Shown piece by piece: positions 10,501 to 19,142 of a stretch of DNA of 64,000 nt; the stretch's first letter is position 1, and every line of letters starts with the position of its first letter. Source of the DNA: Bacteroidota bacterium (GTDB lineage: Bacteria; Bacteroidota; Bacteroidia; AKYH767-A; OLB10); contig JBKCHO010000145.1 of NCBI GenBank assembly GCA_046302815.1, positions 1,979-65,978 on the forward strand, read 5' to 3'. Made by a program: the position numbers and the translations under genes. Below the pieces are notes generated by a model. It ran no database searches. It was not told where the DNA came from and saw nothing but the letters and a program-made list of their open reading frames with translations.

Positions 10501-12615
10501 TCAACCAAGCTGTATCGTAATTTCTTTTCCTTTTTCCACTTTAGTTCCAGGTGAAATGGATTGGCGCAAGACCGAACCACGACCAGAAACCCTAATTTGT
10601 AATCCTGTCGATTCAAGAAGAAAAATAGCATCTCTCAATCCCATTCCTGTAACATCCGGAACAACTCCCACACCCGACTGCCTATCCTTAAGTTCGATTT
10701 TACTTTGGTTAGGTGTACAGTTGGACCATTCACCAACAGTCTCGGCTTTACTCAATGGTATACCCAATTTGGATAATGCAGCTGCGGTTGATTGCGTATT
10801 TCCACTTTTAACCATTGGCATATTCATGGCCAAGGGGCCAGTCGCATTCAAACTAGGATGTAGTTCAATGGAGGTGGAATAAACCTTATCGGCAATTTCC
10901 TTAAAAATCGGAGCAGCTACTTGTGATGCATAATAGAGATTGTTGTTAGGAGCATAAACCACAACAATGCAACTATACCTAGGATTATCTGCAGGGAAAT
11001 AGCCTACAAACGATGCCTGATATCTCTTTTTGCCAACCTGATATCCGTCGGATTTAGATGCGATGACTGCCGTTCCAGTTTTACCAGCCACCTTATATTG
11101 CGCATGTTTTAATCTAGTAGCCGTTCCGTTTTCAACCACTCCTTCAAGCATGGCTCGTGCATTTTCCAGAGTTTGATCTGAAGCGATTTTCTCGCGCATA
11201 ACTTGCGTAGTGAACTTTTGTGTGGCTACGCCCTTGTTTCGGATTTCCCGTACCAATAGTGGTTTCACCATCTTGCCGTTGTTAGCAACTGCATTGTAGA
11301 AAGTCAATATTTGCAAAGGCGTGAATTGCGACTCATATCCAATGGACAAATAGGGCAATGAAAGCTTTGACCATCTTTTAAATCCAGTGCTGTTGATGAA
11401 CGGTGCACCCTCGCCTTTGATTTGCAAATCAAGTTTGTCTGTCAAACCAAATGACTTGATGCGATCAACAAAAGATTGCGGATTTTTCTGATAATGCCTG
11501 TTAACCATTTTCGAAATACCGACATTGGAACTTTGCTCGAACACTTCTTTCATGGTAATTTTTCCATAACCACCTTCCTTGGAATCCTTGAGTACCCTGT
11601 CGTAATACCTAATGATTCCGCCTTGCGTGTCAACAGAGTCGTCAGGAGAAATGTAACCGTCCTCCATAAGAGCCATCATTGTTGCCAGCTTGAATGTTGA
11701 TCCTTGCTCCGTACTTTGACCGATGGCGAAATTGTAGGTCTCGCGGTACTTATCTTCTCCGACCCTTTCCAAATTGGCAATGGCGAGCACTGCTCCGGTT
11801 TGTACCTCCATCAATATGGCGCATCCTTTGTCTGCTTTGTGGTCATTGAGTTGGCGCTCGAGAGCACTTTCAGCCACATCCTGAAGATTCAGGTCAATGG
11901 TTGTGATGACATCCTGCCCATCTTGAGGCTCGATTTCATTTTCATCATTGAGCGGCTTCCATACATTGCCAGATATTTTCTGCATGAGCCTAACACCAGT
12001 GTTCCCCTTTAGATATTCATCAAAGGAGCCTTCGATGCCAACCGCGCCTACACCTTCGATCTTGTAGCCAATTGTTCGGTCAGCCAATACGGCAAAGGGC
12101 TTCACTCGTTTGTTCTTGACTTCTGCAATCAAGCCGCCCTTGTACCTTCCGGCTCGGAAAACGGGGAGCTTGTATAACTGTTGTTGTTGGGCATGTGAAA
12201 CATTCTTCTTCAAAGGGTAGTACCTTTTACCAGGACCAGGCCTTCTCGCCTCTCTAAGCAATCTTTTATATTCACTTGCACTTCTATCACCAAGGATTCG
12301 GGATAGACCCAAAGACATGGAATCCAAACCCTCGTTGAACATCTCCTTGGTAATGGTTTCAACCTGTAAATCGAGATACAGGTCGTATGTAGGTACTGAT
12401 GTCGCCAACAAACTACCGTCAGCTGAATATATGTTACCTCTGGAGGGTTCTATTTTGGTTGTTTTTGTAGTAAGGCTGTCCGCAATCGCTCTCAGCTCCT
12501 CACCTCGAACATTCTGGGTGTGCCATATTTTTCCAACTATGGAAATGCCAAAAAGGCACATAAGTCCAAAGAGGACATAGACCCTTAAGAGAATATCCTT
12601 TTTAGTTTCTCCCAT
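10501..12615 (-). CDS. ftsI: Class B penicillin-binding protein FtsI/PBP3 with C-terminal PASTA domain
   Basis: RGNIYSADG, STFK (SxxK), SSN (SxN), KTGTA; PASTA-like VPDVTGMGLRDA. Confidence 0.95.
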   Translation of the reverse strand: MGETKKDILLRVYVLFGLMCLFGISIVGKIWHTQNVRGEELRAIADSLTTKTTKIEPSRGNIYSADGSLLATSVPTYDLYLDLQVETITKEMFNEGLDSMSLGLSRILGDRSASEYKRLLREARRPGPGKRYYPLKKNVSHAQQQQLYKLPVFRAGRYKGGLIAEVKNKRVKPFAVLADRTIGYKIEGVGAVGIEGSFDEYLKGNTGVRLMQKISGNVWKPLNDENEIEPQDGQDVITTIDLNLQDVAESALERQLNDHKADKGCAILMEVQTGAVLAIANLERVGEDKYRETYNFAIGQSTEQGSTFKLATMMALMEDGYISPDDSVDTQGGIIRYYDRVLKDSKEGGYGKITMKEVFEQSSNVGISKMVNRHYQKNPQSFVDRIKSFGLTDKLDLQIKGEGAPFINSTGFKRWSKLSLPYLSIGYESQFTPLQILTFYNAVANNGKMVKPLLVREIRNKGVATQKFTTQVMREKIASDQTLENARAMLEGVVENGTATRLKHAQYKVAGKTGTAVIASKSDGYQVGKKRYQASFVGYFPADNPRYSCIVVVYAPNNNLYYASQVAAPIFKEIADKVYSTSIELHPSLNATGPLAMNMPMVKSGNTQSTAAALSKLGIPLSKAETVGEWSNCTPNQSKIELKDRQSGVGVVPDVTGMGLRDAIFLLESTGLQIRVSGRGSVLRQSISPGTKVEKGKEITIQLG

Positions 12616-13022
12616 AAGGTTGGTTCTTCTTGTTTGTTTGTACTAGATGCCATGACAATTTTCATCGGAGCTGTTTGCGATTCACGAATACCGAACGGTT
12701 CAGACATGCGAGCCACTTCAGACTGCTTGCTGGTAAACATCAAATCCGATTTGCCAGAAATATATTCGGTTCGAAGAGCTTTTAACTCCTTACCTGTCTT
12801 ATCGATTTCTCTGATTACCCTTTCCGCCTCATAACTATTCGATATGTAAAGAATAGCCAATCCCATCAGGAAGAAAACGAAAGGCATAGCAGCTACAAGC
12901 CCTTCTTTTGAAAAAATGCCGAAAGCGTACATCAGCTTGATGAACCTGCTGTTTGAAGATCCACCCTCCCTACTTTGGGAAGTATGAACCTGTGAATTGT
13001 CGCTCCTCTTGACCCTGTTCAT
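12585..13022 (-). CDS. ftsL: FtsL-like cell division protein
   Basis: Single TM followed by a coiled coil (ELKALRTEYIS...SKQSEV); between rsmH and ftsI. ATG at 13022 chosen. Confidence 0.82.
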   Translation of the reverse strand: MNRVKRSDNSQVHTSQSREGGSSNSRFIKLMYAFGIFSKEGLVAAMPFVFFLMGLAILYISNSYEAERVIREIDKTGKELKALRTEYISGKSDLMFTSKQSEVARMSEPFGIRESQTAPMKIVMASSTNKQEEPTLWEKLKRIFS

Positions 13023-13026
13023 TTGT

Positions 13027-13929
13027 TCAAACTTTGATTGCGGCACGCAACCGGGCACTGCGTGACCTTGGATTGGTTTGTATCTCTTGTTGGCTTGGCG
13101 CGATGGCTTTTCGAGTTATGGGTTGGTAGACCAGGCCTATTCTGTTTCCGTACACATCCCTGTTATCTACACCATCTACATTACCTGTGTTGATCATGTT
13201 CTTCACCATCCTATCCTCCAACGAATGGTATGACATCACAACCAACCGACCTCTTGGAGCAAGAACCCTGGTCGACTGTTCAAGCAAAGCCCTTAGAGCT
13301 TCCATCTCTGCATTCACCTCAATTCTTAATGCTTGGAAAACCTGGGCAAGCCAAGTGTTTGCCTCTTTTGGGGGCATCAAAGGTTTGATGCAACGCATCA
13401 AATCGTGGGAATCATTGAACGGCGCCGATCGCCTTGTATTCACGATTGCTGCAGCGAGTGTTTTTGAATTGCGCACCTCTCCATAGTTTGAAAAAATTCG
13501 CACAAGGTCCTTTTCGGAGTAGGTATTAACTACTTCAAGGGCGGTGGCGTGCTCCCTGTTATCCATTCGCATATCAAGGTCATGGTCGAAGCGGATGGAG
13601 AACCCTCGTTCAGGCACATCGAACTGGTGCGATGACACTCCGAGATCGGCCAGGATTCCGCTGACGGGCAGCAATCCGATTTCACCGAGTCTTTTTTCCA
13701 TCTGGCTGAAGTTGTCCCTTATGAGTGTGAATCTGCTATCATCAATGGCATTGGCAAGAGCGTCTTCATCCCTGTCGAATGCAACCAGTTTGTCTTCGGG
13801 TCCCAGCATAGCCAAAATAGCTTTGGAATGTCCGCCCCCTCCAAAAGTTGCATCCACATAAACCCCGCCTCTGTTGCAGTCCAGTGCTTCCAAGCACTCA
13901 TGCAGCATTACGGGCACATGGTAAGACAT
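13027..13929 (-). CDS. rsmH: 16S rRNA m4C1402 methyltransferase
   Basis: YHVPVML, DATFGGGGHS, DLGVSSHQFD, SYHSLEDR, NPRSRSARLR. Confidence 0.98.
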   Translation of the reverse strand: MSYHVPVMLHECLEALDCNRGGVYVDATFGGGGHSKAILAMLGPEDKLVAFDRDEDALANAIDDSRFTLIRDNFSQMEKRLGEIGLLPVSGILADLGVSSHQFDVPERGFSIRFDHDLDMRMDNREHATALEVVNTYSEKDLVRIFSNYGEVRNSKTLAAAIVNTRRSAPFNDSHDLMRCIKPLMPPKEANTWLAQVFQALRIEVNAEMEALRALLEQSTRVLAPRGRLVVMSYHSLEDRMVKNMINTGNVDGVDNRDVYGNRIGLVYQPITRKAIAPSQQEIQTNPRSRSARLRAAIKV

Positions 13930-14387
13930 CAGACCTCGTCGTTGTTGTCGTCGCCGAAAATTTCCTCTGCCAGGTTTGCATAACGCTCTGCATCATCGGA
14001 TGTGGGAATTCGGAAACGGTCTTTGGACCAGATCTCGATCTTGCTGCCGTAGGTGGATATGACCACCTCCTTACCCAACCCGGCCCAATCCTGAAGATGT
14101 TTAGGAATGAGCATGCGACCGGTATTGTCAAGGATCAACTCGGTGGCACCATTTGCAAAAAACCTTTGGTATTCGCGAACCAGCTTTTTATTGGAGTTGA
14201 GTTTGTTTATGCGCTCCGATTCCTTGATCCACAAAGGGTAAGGAGTCATAGCAACACAATTCTCAAATCCGCGATTCAATACAAACCGATCCTGCATTTC
14301 CGTAGGAAGCTGGCGTCGAAGACCTATAGGAACCATTATCCGTCCCTTGTCGTCAACCTTTACTTCGAATTCGCCGATCAGTTGCAT
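13929..14387 (-). CDS. mraZ: Division/cell wall cluster transcriptional regulator MraZ
   Basis: Two DxxGR motifs (DDKGRI, DNTGRM), IEIW; first gene of the dcw cluster. Confidence 0.96.
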   Translation of the reverse strand: MQLIGEFEVKVDDKGRIMVPIGLRRQLPTEMQDRFVLNRGFENCVAMTPYPLWIKESERINKLNSNKKLVREYQRFFANGATELILDNTGRMLIPKHLQDWAGLGKEVVISTYGSKIEIWSKDRFRIPTSDDAERYANLAEEIFGDDNNDEV

Positions 14388-14446
14388 TTCGCTTGGTTGG
14401 TTTTTTGCTTTCTCAAAGTGCTGACCTACAGCTCACAGCCTTTGAG

Positions 14447-14485
14447 GTGGGTAAAGGTAGAAAAAGTATTTCCACTTTTTACCAC
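14447..14485. promoter_or_regulatory. Imperfect inverted repeat of GTGG-N6-GT(G/A)G boxes, probable MraZ operator
   Basis: GTGGGTAAAGGTAGAAA (14447-14463, + strand) faces GTGGTAAAAAGTGGAAA (14485-14469, - strand), 13/17 match. The 10-bp spacing of GTGG units resembles described MraZ boxes. Confidence 0.6.
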
Positions 14486-14690
14486 TAAAAGCCCTTTTTG
14501 TTGATAATTTTTCTGGATGAGGGTAAAACAAATCAATCTTTGTCCAATCACAAAACCTTATACTAATTGATTTAACGGAAGTTTCATCAAAAATATTGCT
14601 TGGTTAATAGGGTGGTAGAAAGTGTGTAAATATTTAATAGCTGTTCAAAACCCAATTCCTTACTTTTGAATCCAAAGCAGAGCCTGGAAG

Positions 14691-15533
14691 ATGGAAAGCC
14701 CTGAAAACAAAGTACTTATTGATATTGACAAGGTTTTTAAATCAAAAAACCCTAGGCTTTATGCGCTTTTACCTGGTTTATTTTTCAGTTGGCTGAAGAG
14801 AACTGTCCATCAAGATGAAATCAATGATTTTATTTTAAGAAATGGCCATCTATATGATTTCGAGTTTGTTAAGGCTATTTTGATGGAGTTTGGCGCTACC
14901 GTTGAAGTTCAAGGATTGGATCACATTCCAACATCTGGGGGATTTGTGGTGGCCGCCAACCATCCCTTGGGTGGATTGGATGCGATGGCTCTGCTAGGTA
15001 GCGTAGGCCAAAAGCGATCGGATGTCCGTTTCATCGTTAACGACATACTGCTCAAATTGGAGAATCTGAAGGGTCTTTTCATAGGTGTAAATAAGCATGG
15101 TCGTAATGATGCTCAAATACACAAAAGCCTCGATGAGCTCTATGCATCCGGAAGTGGCGTTTTGATTTTCCCAGCAGGCATGGTGTCCAGGAAAAAACAG
15201 GGAACAATCCGTGACCTGGAATGGAAAAAAAGCTTCATCATTAAATCCAAGAAAAACGGCATACCCGTTATTCCAGCATTCATTGATGGAGAGAACTCTC
15301 CGTTTTTTTACAATCTTTCTAATATCAGAACCAGCATAGGAATCAAAGCCAACATTGAAATGCTTTACCTACCTGACGAGATGTACAGGCAAAAGGGCAA
15401 AACCATTCGTATTATATTTGGCAAACCCGTACCAAGCACATCGCTCGAAAACCCATCCAATGAGAGAGAGTGGGCGGACAAAATCAAAAGCATGGTTTAT
15501 GAATTGGAATCTAACCTCAAGCCTCAGAAGTAA
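14691..15533 (+). CDS. PlsC-family O-acyltransferase, GlsA/OlsA-like
   Basis: NHPLGGLD and IFPAG acyltransferase blocks; adjacent to a GNAT N-acyltransferase gene. Confidence 0.85.
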   Translation: MESPENKVLIDIDKVFKSKNPRLYALLPGLFFSWLKRTVHQDEINDFILRNGHLYDFEFVKAILMEFGATVEVQGLDHIPTSGGFVVAANHPLGGLDAMALLGSVGQKRSDVRFIVNDILLKLENLKGLFIGVNKHGRNDAQIHKSLDELYASGSGVLIFPAGMVSRKKQGTIRDLEWKKSFIIKSKKNGIPVIPAFIDGENSPFFYNLSNIRTSIGIKANIEMLYLPDEMYRQKGKTIRIIFGKPVPSTSLENPSNEREWADKIKSMVYELESNLKPQK

Positions 15534-15554
15534 GTTGCTATTTCATCACACCCA

Positions 15555-16487
15555 ATGAAAGAACTCATAGCACCTATAGATCGGACACTATTGGAGAGCG
15601 AATTGAATGATTGGCTGTTCATCAGGGATACAAATAATGGATCAAACAAAATATTCATAGTCGACGCATACAATGCGCCTAACACGCTCAAAGAGATAGG
15701 AAGATTAAGAGAACTTACTTTCCGTAACGCTGGTGGAGGAACTGGGCTAGATTGTGATTTGGATGAATACGATACATCCGGAACCGTATATAGCCAATTG
15801 ATTGTGTGGAATCCGATAGATCGGGAGATAATTGGCGGATACCGCTTCATCGAATGTGGTCGAGCCGACCGGAATCCAGATGGTGGAATACGCCTTGCCA
15901 CTGCTGAGTTGTTTTCCTTCTCCGAGAAGTTCATCAATGAATACATGCCATACACCATTGAATTGGGAAGGTCGTTCGTACAGCCCCGATATCAACCATC
16001 AAGTGAGAACAGAAAAGGACTGTTCTCATTGGATAATCTCTGGGACGGATTAGGAGCCATCATCGTTGACTACCCTCACATCAAGTATTTCTTCGGGAAG
16101 GTTACCATGTACTCCCAATTTGATGGCATGGCTCGAGATTATATCCTTTCATTCATAAACCACCTTTTCCCTGACAACGAAAAACTGGCTAACCCATTAC
16201 ATCCTTTACCGGTGATAAACGACATGTCGGCATTCATGAGCGAAATCGATGGACTGCCTTACAAGGATGCTCATCGCATATTGAACGGGAAAGTGCGTGA
16301 TAGGGGCGAAAACATTCCTCCACTTTTCAATTCATACATGAATCTCTCCTCCACCATGAAAACATTTGGGACCTCCAGAAACAACCATTTTGGAGATGTG
16401 GAAGAGACCGGTATCCTTGTGACCATTGCTGACATTTACGACTCTAAGAAGGATAGACACATCGTTTCTTATAAAAAGGCTCCTTAA
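15555..16487 (+). CDS. GNAT (Acetyltransf_5) N-acyltransferase, GlsB/OlsB-like, for glycine/amino-lipid synthesis
   Basis: EIGRLRELTFR, GGGTG..CDLDEYD, IIGGYR, IELGRSFV, LDNLWDGLG, IPPLFNSYM. Confidence 0.88.
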   Translation: MKELIAPIDRTLLESELNDWLFIRDTNNGSNKIFIVDAYNAPNTLKEIGRLRELTFRNAGGGTGLDCDLDEYDTSGTVYSQLIVWNPIDREIIGGYRFIECGRADRNPDGGIRLATAELFSFSEKFINEYMPYTIELGRSFVQPRYQPSSENRKGLFSLDNLWDGLGAIIVDYPHIKYFFGKVTMYSQFDGMARDYILSFINHLFPDNEKLANPLHPLPVINDMSAFMSEIDGLPYKDAHRILNGKVRDRGENIPPLFNSYMNLSSTMKTFGTSRNNHFGDVEETGILVTIADIYDSKKDRHIVSYKKAP

Positions 16488-16492
16488 GAAGC

Positions 16493-17086
16493 ATGGCCGC
16501 ACAATTGAAAGCCGAATTCATTTCCAGCGTTGCAGACTACAGGAAATGTCCGAATCATCCGAATTCGGAGTTTGCTTTCATTGGCAGATCCAATGTGGGT
16601 AAATCCTCTCTGATAAACATGTTAGCGGATTCAAAAGGTCTTGCCAAAACATCATCGACTCCGGGAAAAACACAAACGATAAATCATTTTATTTTTGAGG
16701 AATCGTGGTATTTGGTTGACCTTCCAGGTTACGGCTACGCAAAATCCTCCAAGTCGGAAAGAGAGAAATGGGATAAAATGGTGAAGGGCTACCTGCAAAA
16801 CCGCGAGCAGCTTACATGCGTATTCGTTCTTGTAGATTCAAGGCTAGAGCCTCAAAAATCAGATTTGGAATTCATCAATAGCCTAGGAGAGTCGGGCATA
16901 CCCTTGGCAATTGTCTTCACCAAATGTGACAAATTGACTAAAAACCAATTGCAATCGAATCTATCCAATTACAAAAACAAACTTTTAGGTTGGTGGGATG
17001 AACTTCCACCTACTTTCATCACATCGGCAGAGTCAAAAGCGGGGAAAGACGAGATGCTCGAATTCATCCACAAATTTTCTAAGTAG
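16493..17086 (+). CDS. yihA: Ribosome biogenesis GTPase YihA/YsxC (EngB)
   Basis: GRSNVGKSS, TPGKTQ, DLPGYGYA, TKCDK. Confidence 0.97.
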   Translation: MAAQLKAEFISSVADYRKCPNHPNSEFAFIGRSNVGKSSLINMLADSKGLAKTSSTPGKTQTINHFIFEESWYLVDLPGYGYAKSSKSEREKWDKMVKGYLQNREQLTCVFVLVDSRLEPQKSDLEFINSLGESGIPLAIVFTKCDKLTKNQLQSNLSNYKNKLLGWWDELPPTFITSAESKAGKDEMLEFIHKFSK

Positions 17087-17093
17087 GCATGCC

Positions 17094-17423
17094 TTAACGG
17101 ATCACATTAGTCATCTTGCCAAATCGTTCGGCAAAGGCTGTTATTTCCGCTGAAGCTTTCTCATCATTAGTTGAACGGCGATAGGTATCAGCCATGCTTC
17201 GGAAAGTTTCATAAAACAGATGTTGCATTTCCTCGACCATCATCTGCTTCGTCCACAAATCGATTCTCAAGGTGCATTTGTCTTTGGGATCCCATATGGA
17301 TATAATCACCGAACTACACTCTTTCACCCCCTCGATTCCTGAATCATCCGCCTTCCATGTGATGCTCTCGGGCATCTTGCTATCATCCAAAGTGACACTG
17401 AAACTGATTTCTGATTTTTTCAT
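17094..17423 (-). CDS. gldC: Gliding motility protein GldC
   Basis: MKKSEISFSVTLDD..PESITW.A.D, SIWD, LRIDLWTK.M.V.EM; downstream of gldB. ATG at 17423. Confidence 0.92.
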   Translation of the reverse strand: MKKSEISFSVTLDDSKMPESITWKADDSGIEGVKECSSVIISIWDPKDKCTLRIDLWTKQMMVEEMQHLFYETFRSMADTYRRSTNDEKASAEITAFAERFGKMTNVIR

Positions 17424-17430
17424 AAAGCTG

Positions 17431-18443
17431 TTATGGTTTATAGGAAGAGCCCTCAAGTATTCCGAGAGCATCTTTATTGTCAATTAGCTCTTTCAAAGTA
17501 CTATTATTATTATCCATGTATTCCCTAACAATCTTAAGTCCGATGTAAGAGGCTATTTTATCTGGGGCTTCGTCAGGGAACCCGGAAGTTTTTGGGGCCT
17601 GCACCAAAAATTTGGAGTACAACGACCTATCCGTACTGAAAAGCATTTTGTTTTCGATGAACAATGCCCAAATGCGCTCTTCGTTTTCTTCGCACCAGTT
17701 CAACTCATTTTCCGAATACCCTAACAAAAGCGAATCCTTGATATCCGGCAACATCATTTGTACATAATACAAGGATTTTCCTTGGTGAATCATTTGACTC
17801 AAAAAATCCTTGCCAGCCAACTCGCCCGGGTGTTCACTTTCATACCAGCCCAGTGCTGCAGACGGAACTACTTGCTCAGGTATCATTCTTTTGCGAAGAT
17901 AGAGCGGGAACCTGAGCTCTTGGTAGAACCTAGAATCTGAGCCCAGGAACATATCCAAACCCAGACCCAGGATGTTGGAATCAGCGACTATAGCATAGTT
18001 GAAAAATGAATTCAAGGTTACAACCCTAGGAAAATCCTCTTGAGGAAAATGCTTGTGATAATTTAAAGAAAACTCGTTGACCTGTGAATGTATAGACTCC
18101 AAATCACCGAAAACGGAGTCGATTGCAGCATTTACACTTTTTACACACTACTGTCATTGACAAATTTTCGAAGAGCCTCTTGGATTTCCTCCTCCTCGCC
18201 TTTCTCGATTTGCAGAACACCGTGAGTATAATTTTCGAAAAAGACGCCATACCGCTTTGAAAGTATAGACAACGAATCGCCCTTTAAAGCCACAACTTGA
18301 AGATCCTGATCAAACCTCTCAATGACTATATCAGATTGAGAATCCGTTACATCTGAACCTGAACAACCAACGACAATGGTAGCACAGAGCATGAAGAACA
18401 AATTTCGAAATACTTTCAATGTGTTTTTTGAGTAAAATTGCAT
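17431..18443 (-). pseudogene. gldB: Gliding motility lipoprotein GldB, split by a frameshift at about 18143-18148
   Basis: The N-terminal ORF has a lipobox (IVVGC) and IERFDQDL. The C-terminal ORF has LGLDMFLG, MIHQGK, WCEENE..IW..F and SYIGLKIV..YM. The frames join by removing one GT from GTGTGT, giving DSSVKSVNAAIDSVFGDL. May be an assembly error. Confidence 0.85.
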
Positions 18444-18460
18444 GACCAAAAGACAAATCT

Positions 18461-19129
18461 ATGAATAAACGCAAAATCCTCTCGCTAGTTGTTATTTTAT
18501 CCATGCCATTATTTATGGTTGCGCAAGAATCACAAAGCAAGTTTCACTTCGGCCTCAAGGCTTCTCCAGCATTCAGCTGGTTAAGGGTAGATGCAGAGGG
18601 TTTGGAAAAAGACGGAGGTCGTTTGGGCCTTTCCTATGGTCTTATGACCGAGTTTGCCATTTCTAAAAATTACTCCTTTTCCACAGGTTTGGAAATTGCT
18701 TACAGGGGAGGAAAGTACTCCACAAGTGACATGAATGGCAAGATTGCCGTTTTACAAAAACTGCAATATGTCGAAATTCCTATAGGTCTAAAATTAAAAA
18801 CCAATGAAATTGGCTATATCACCTATTTCGGACATTTTGGTGCCTTGCCGGGTGTTTTAGTTCGTGCCAGATATGATGTGGATTACGAATCTGAGTTAAG
18901 TGGATCGGATGCCAATGATATAGGAAACCAATCCTACTTCTACGCAATAAACGCCCACCTTAATGTGGGAGCTGGAATTGAATATAACATCGGAGGAAGC
19001 ACATCTTTGACTGCAGGAATATATTACAACAATGGACTCATGGATGTTTACAAGGGCCCAAAAGATTCCGATATCTCAGCCCAGCTTCGGACGGATGCTA
19101 TTGTTTTGAATTTGGGAATTTTCTTCTAA
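18461..19129 (+). CDS. Outer membrane beta-barrel, PorT-like (OMP_b-brl_2 type)
   Basis: Signal peptide, FGLKASP, LQYVEIPIGLKLKT, GAGIEY, YNNGL, C-terminal Phe. Confidence 0.82.
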   Translation: MNKRKILSLVVILSMPLFMVAQESQSKFHFGLKASPAFSWLRVDAEGLEKDGGRLGLSYGLMTEFAISKNYSFSTGLEIAYRGGKYSTSDMNGKIAVLQKLQYVEIPIGLKLKTNEIGYITYFGHFGALPGVLVRARYDVDYESELSGSDANDIGNQSYFYAINAHLNVGAGIEYNIGGSTSLTAGIYYNNGLMDVYKGPKDSDISAQLRTDAIVLNLGIFF

Positions 19130-19142
19130 CCCCATATAGCCA

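Noticed and set aside
610-14387. dcw cluster lacks murF, ddl and murB
   Set aside because: This is the normal Bacteroidota arrangement.
13848-14504. 218-aa plus-strand ORF
   Set aside because: Antisense shadow of mraZ/rsmH with no recognisable motifs.
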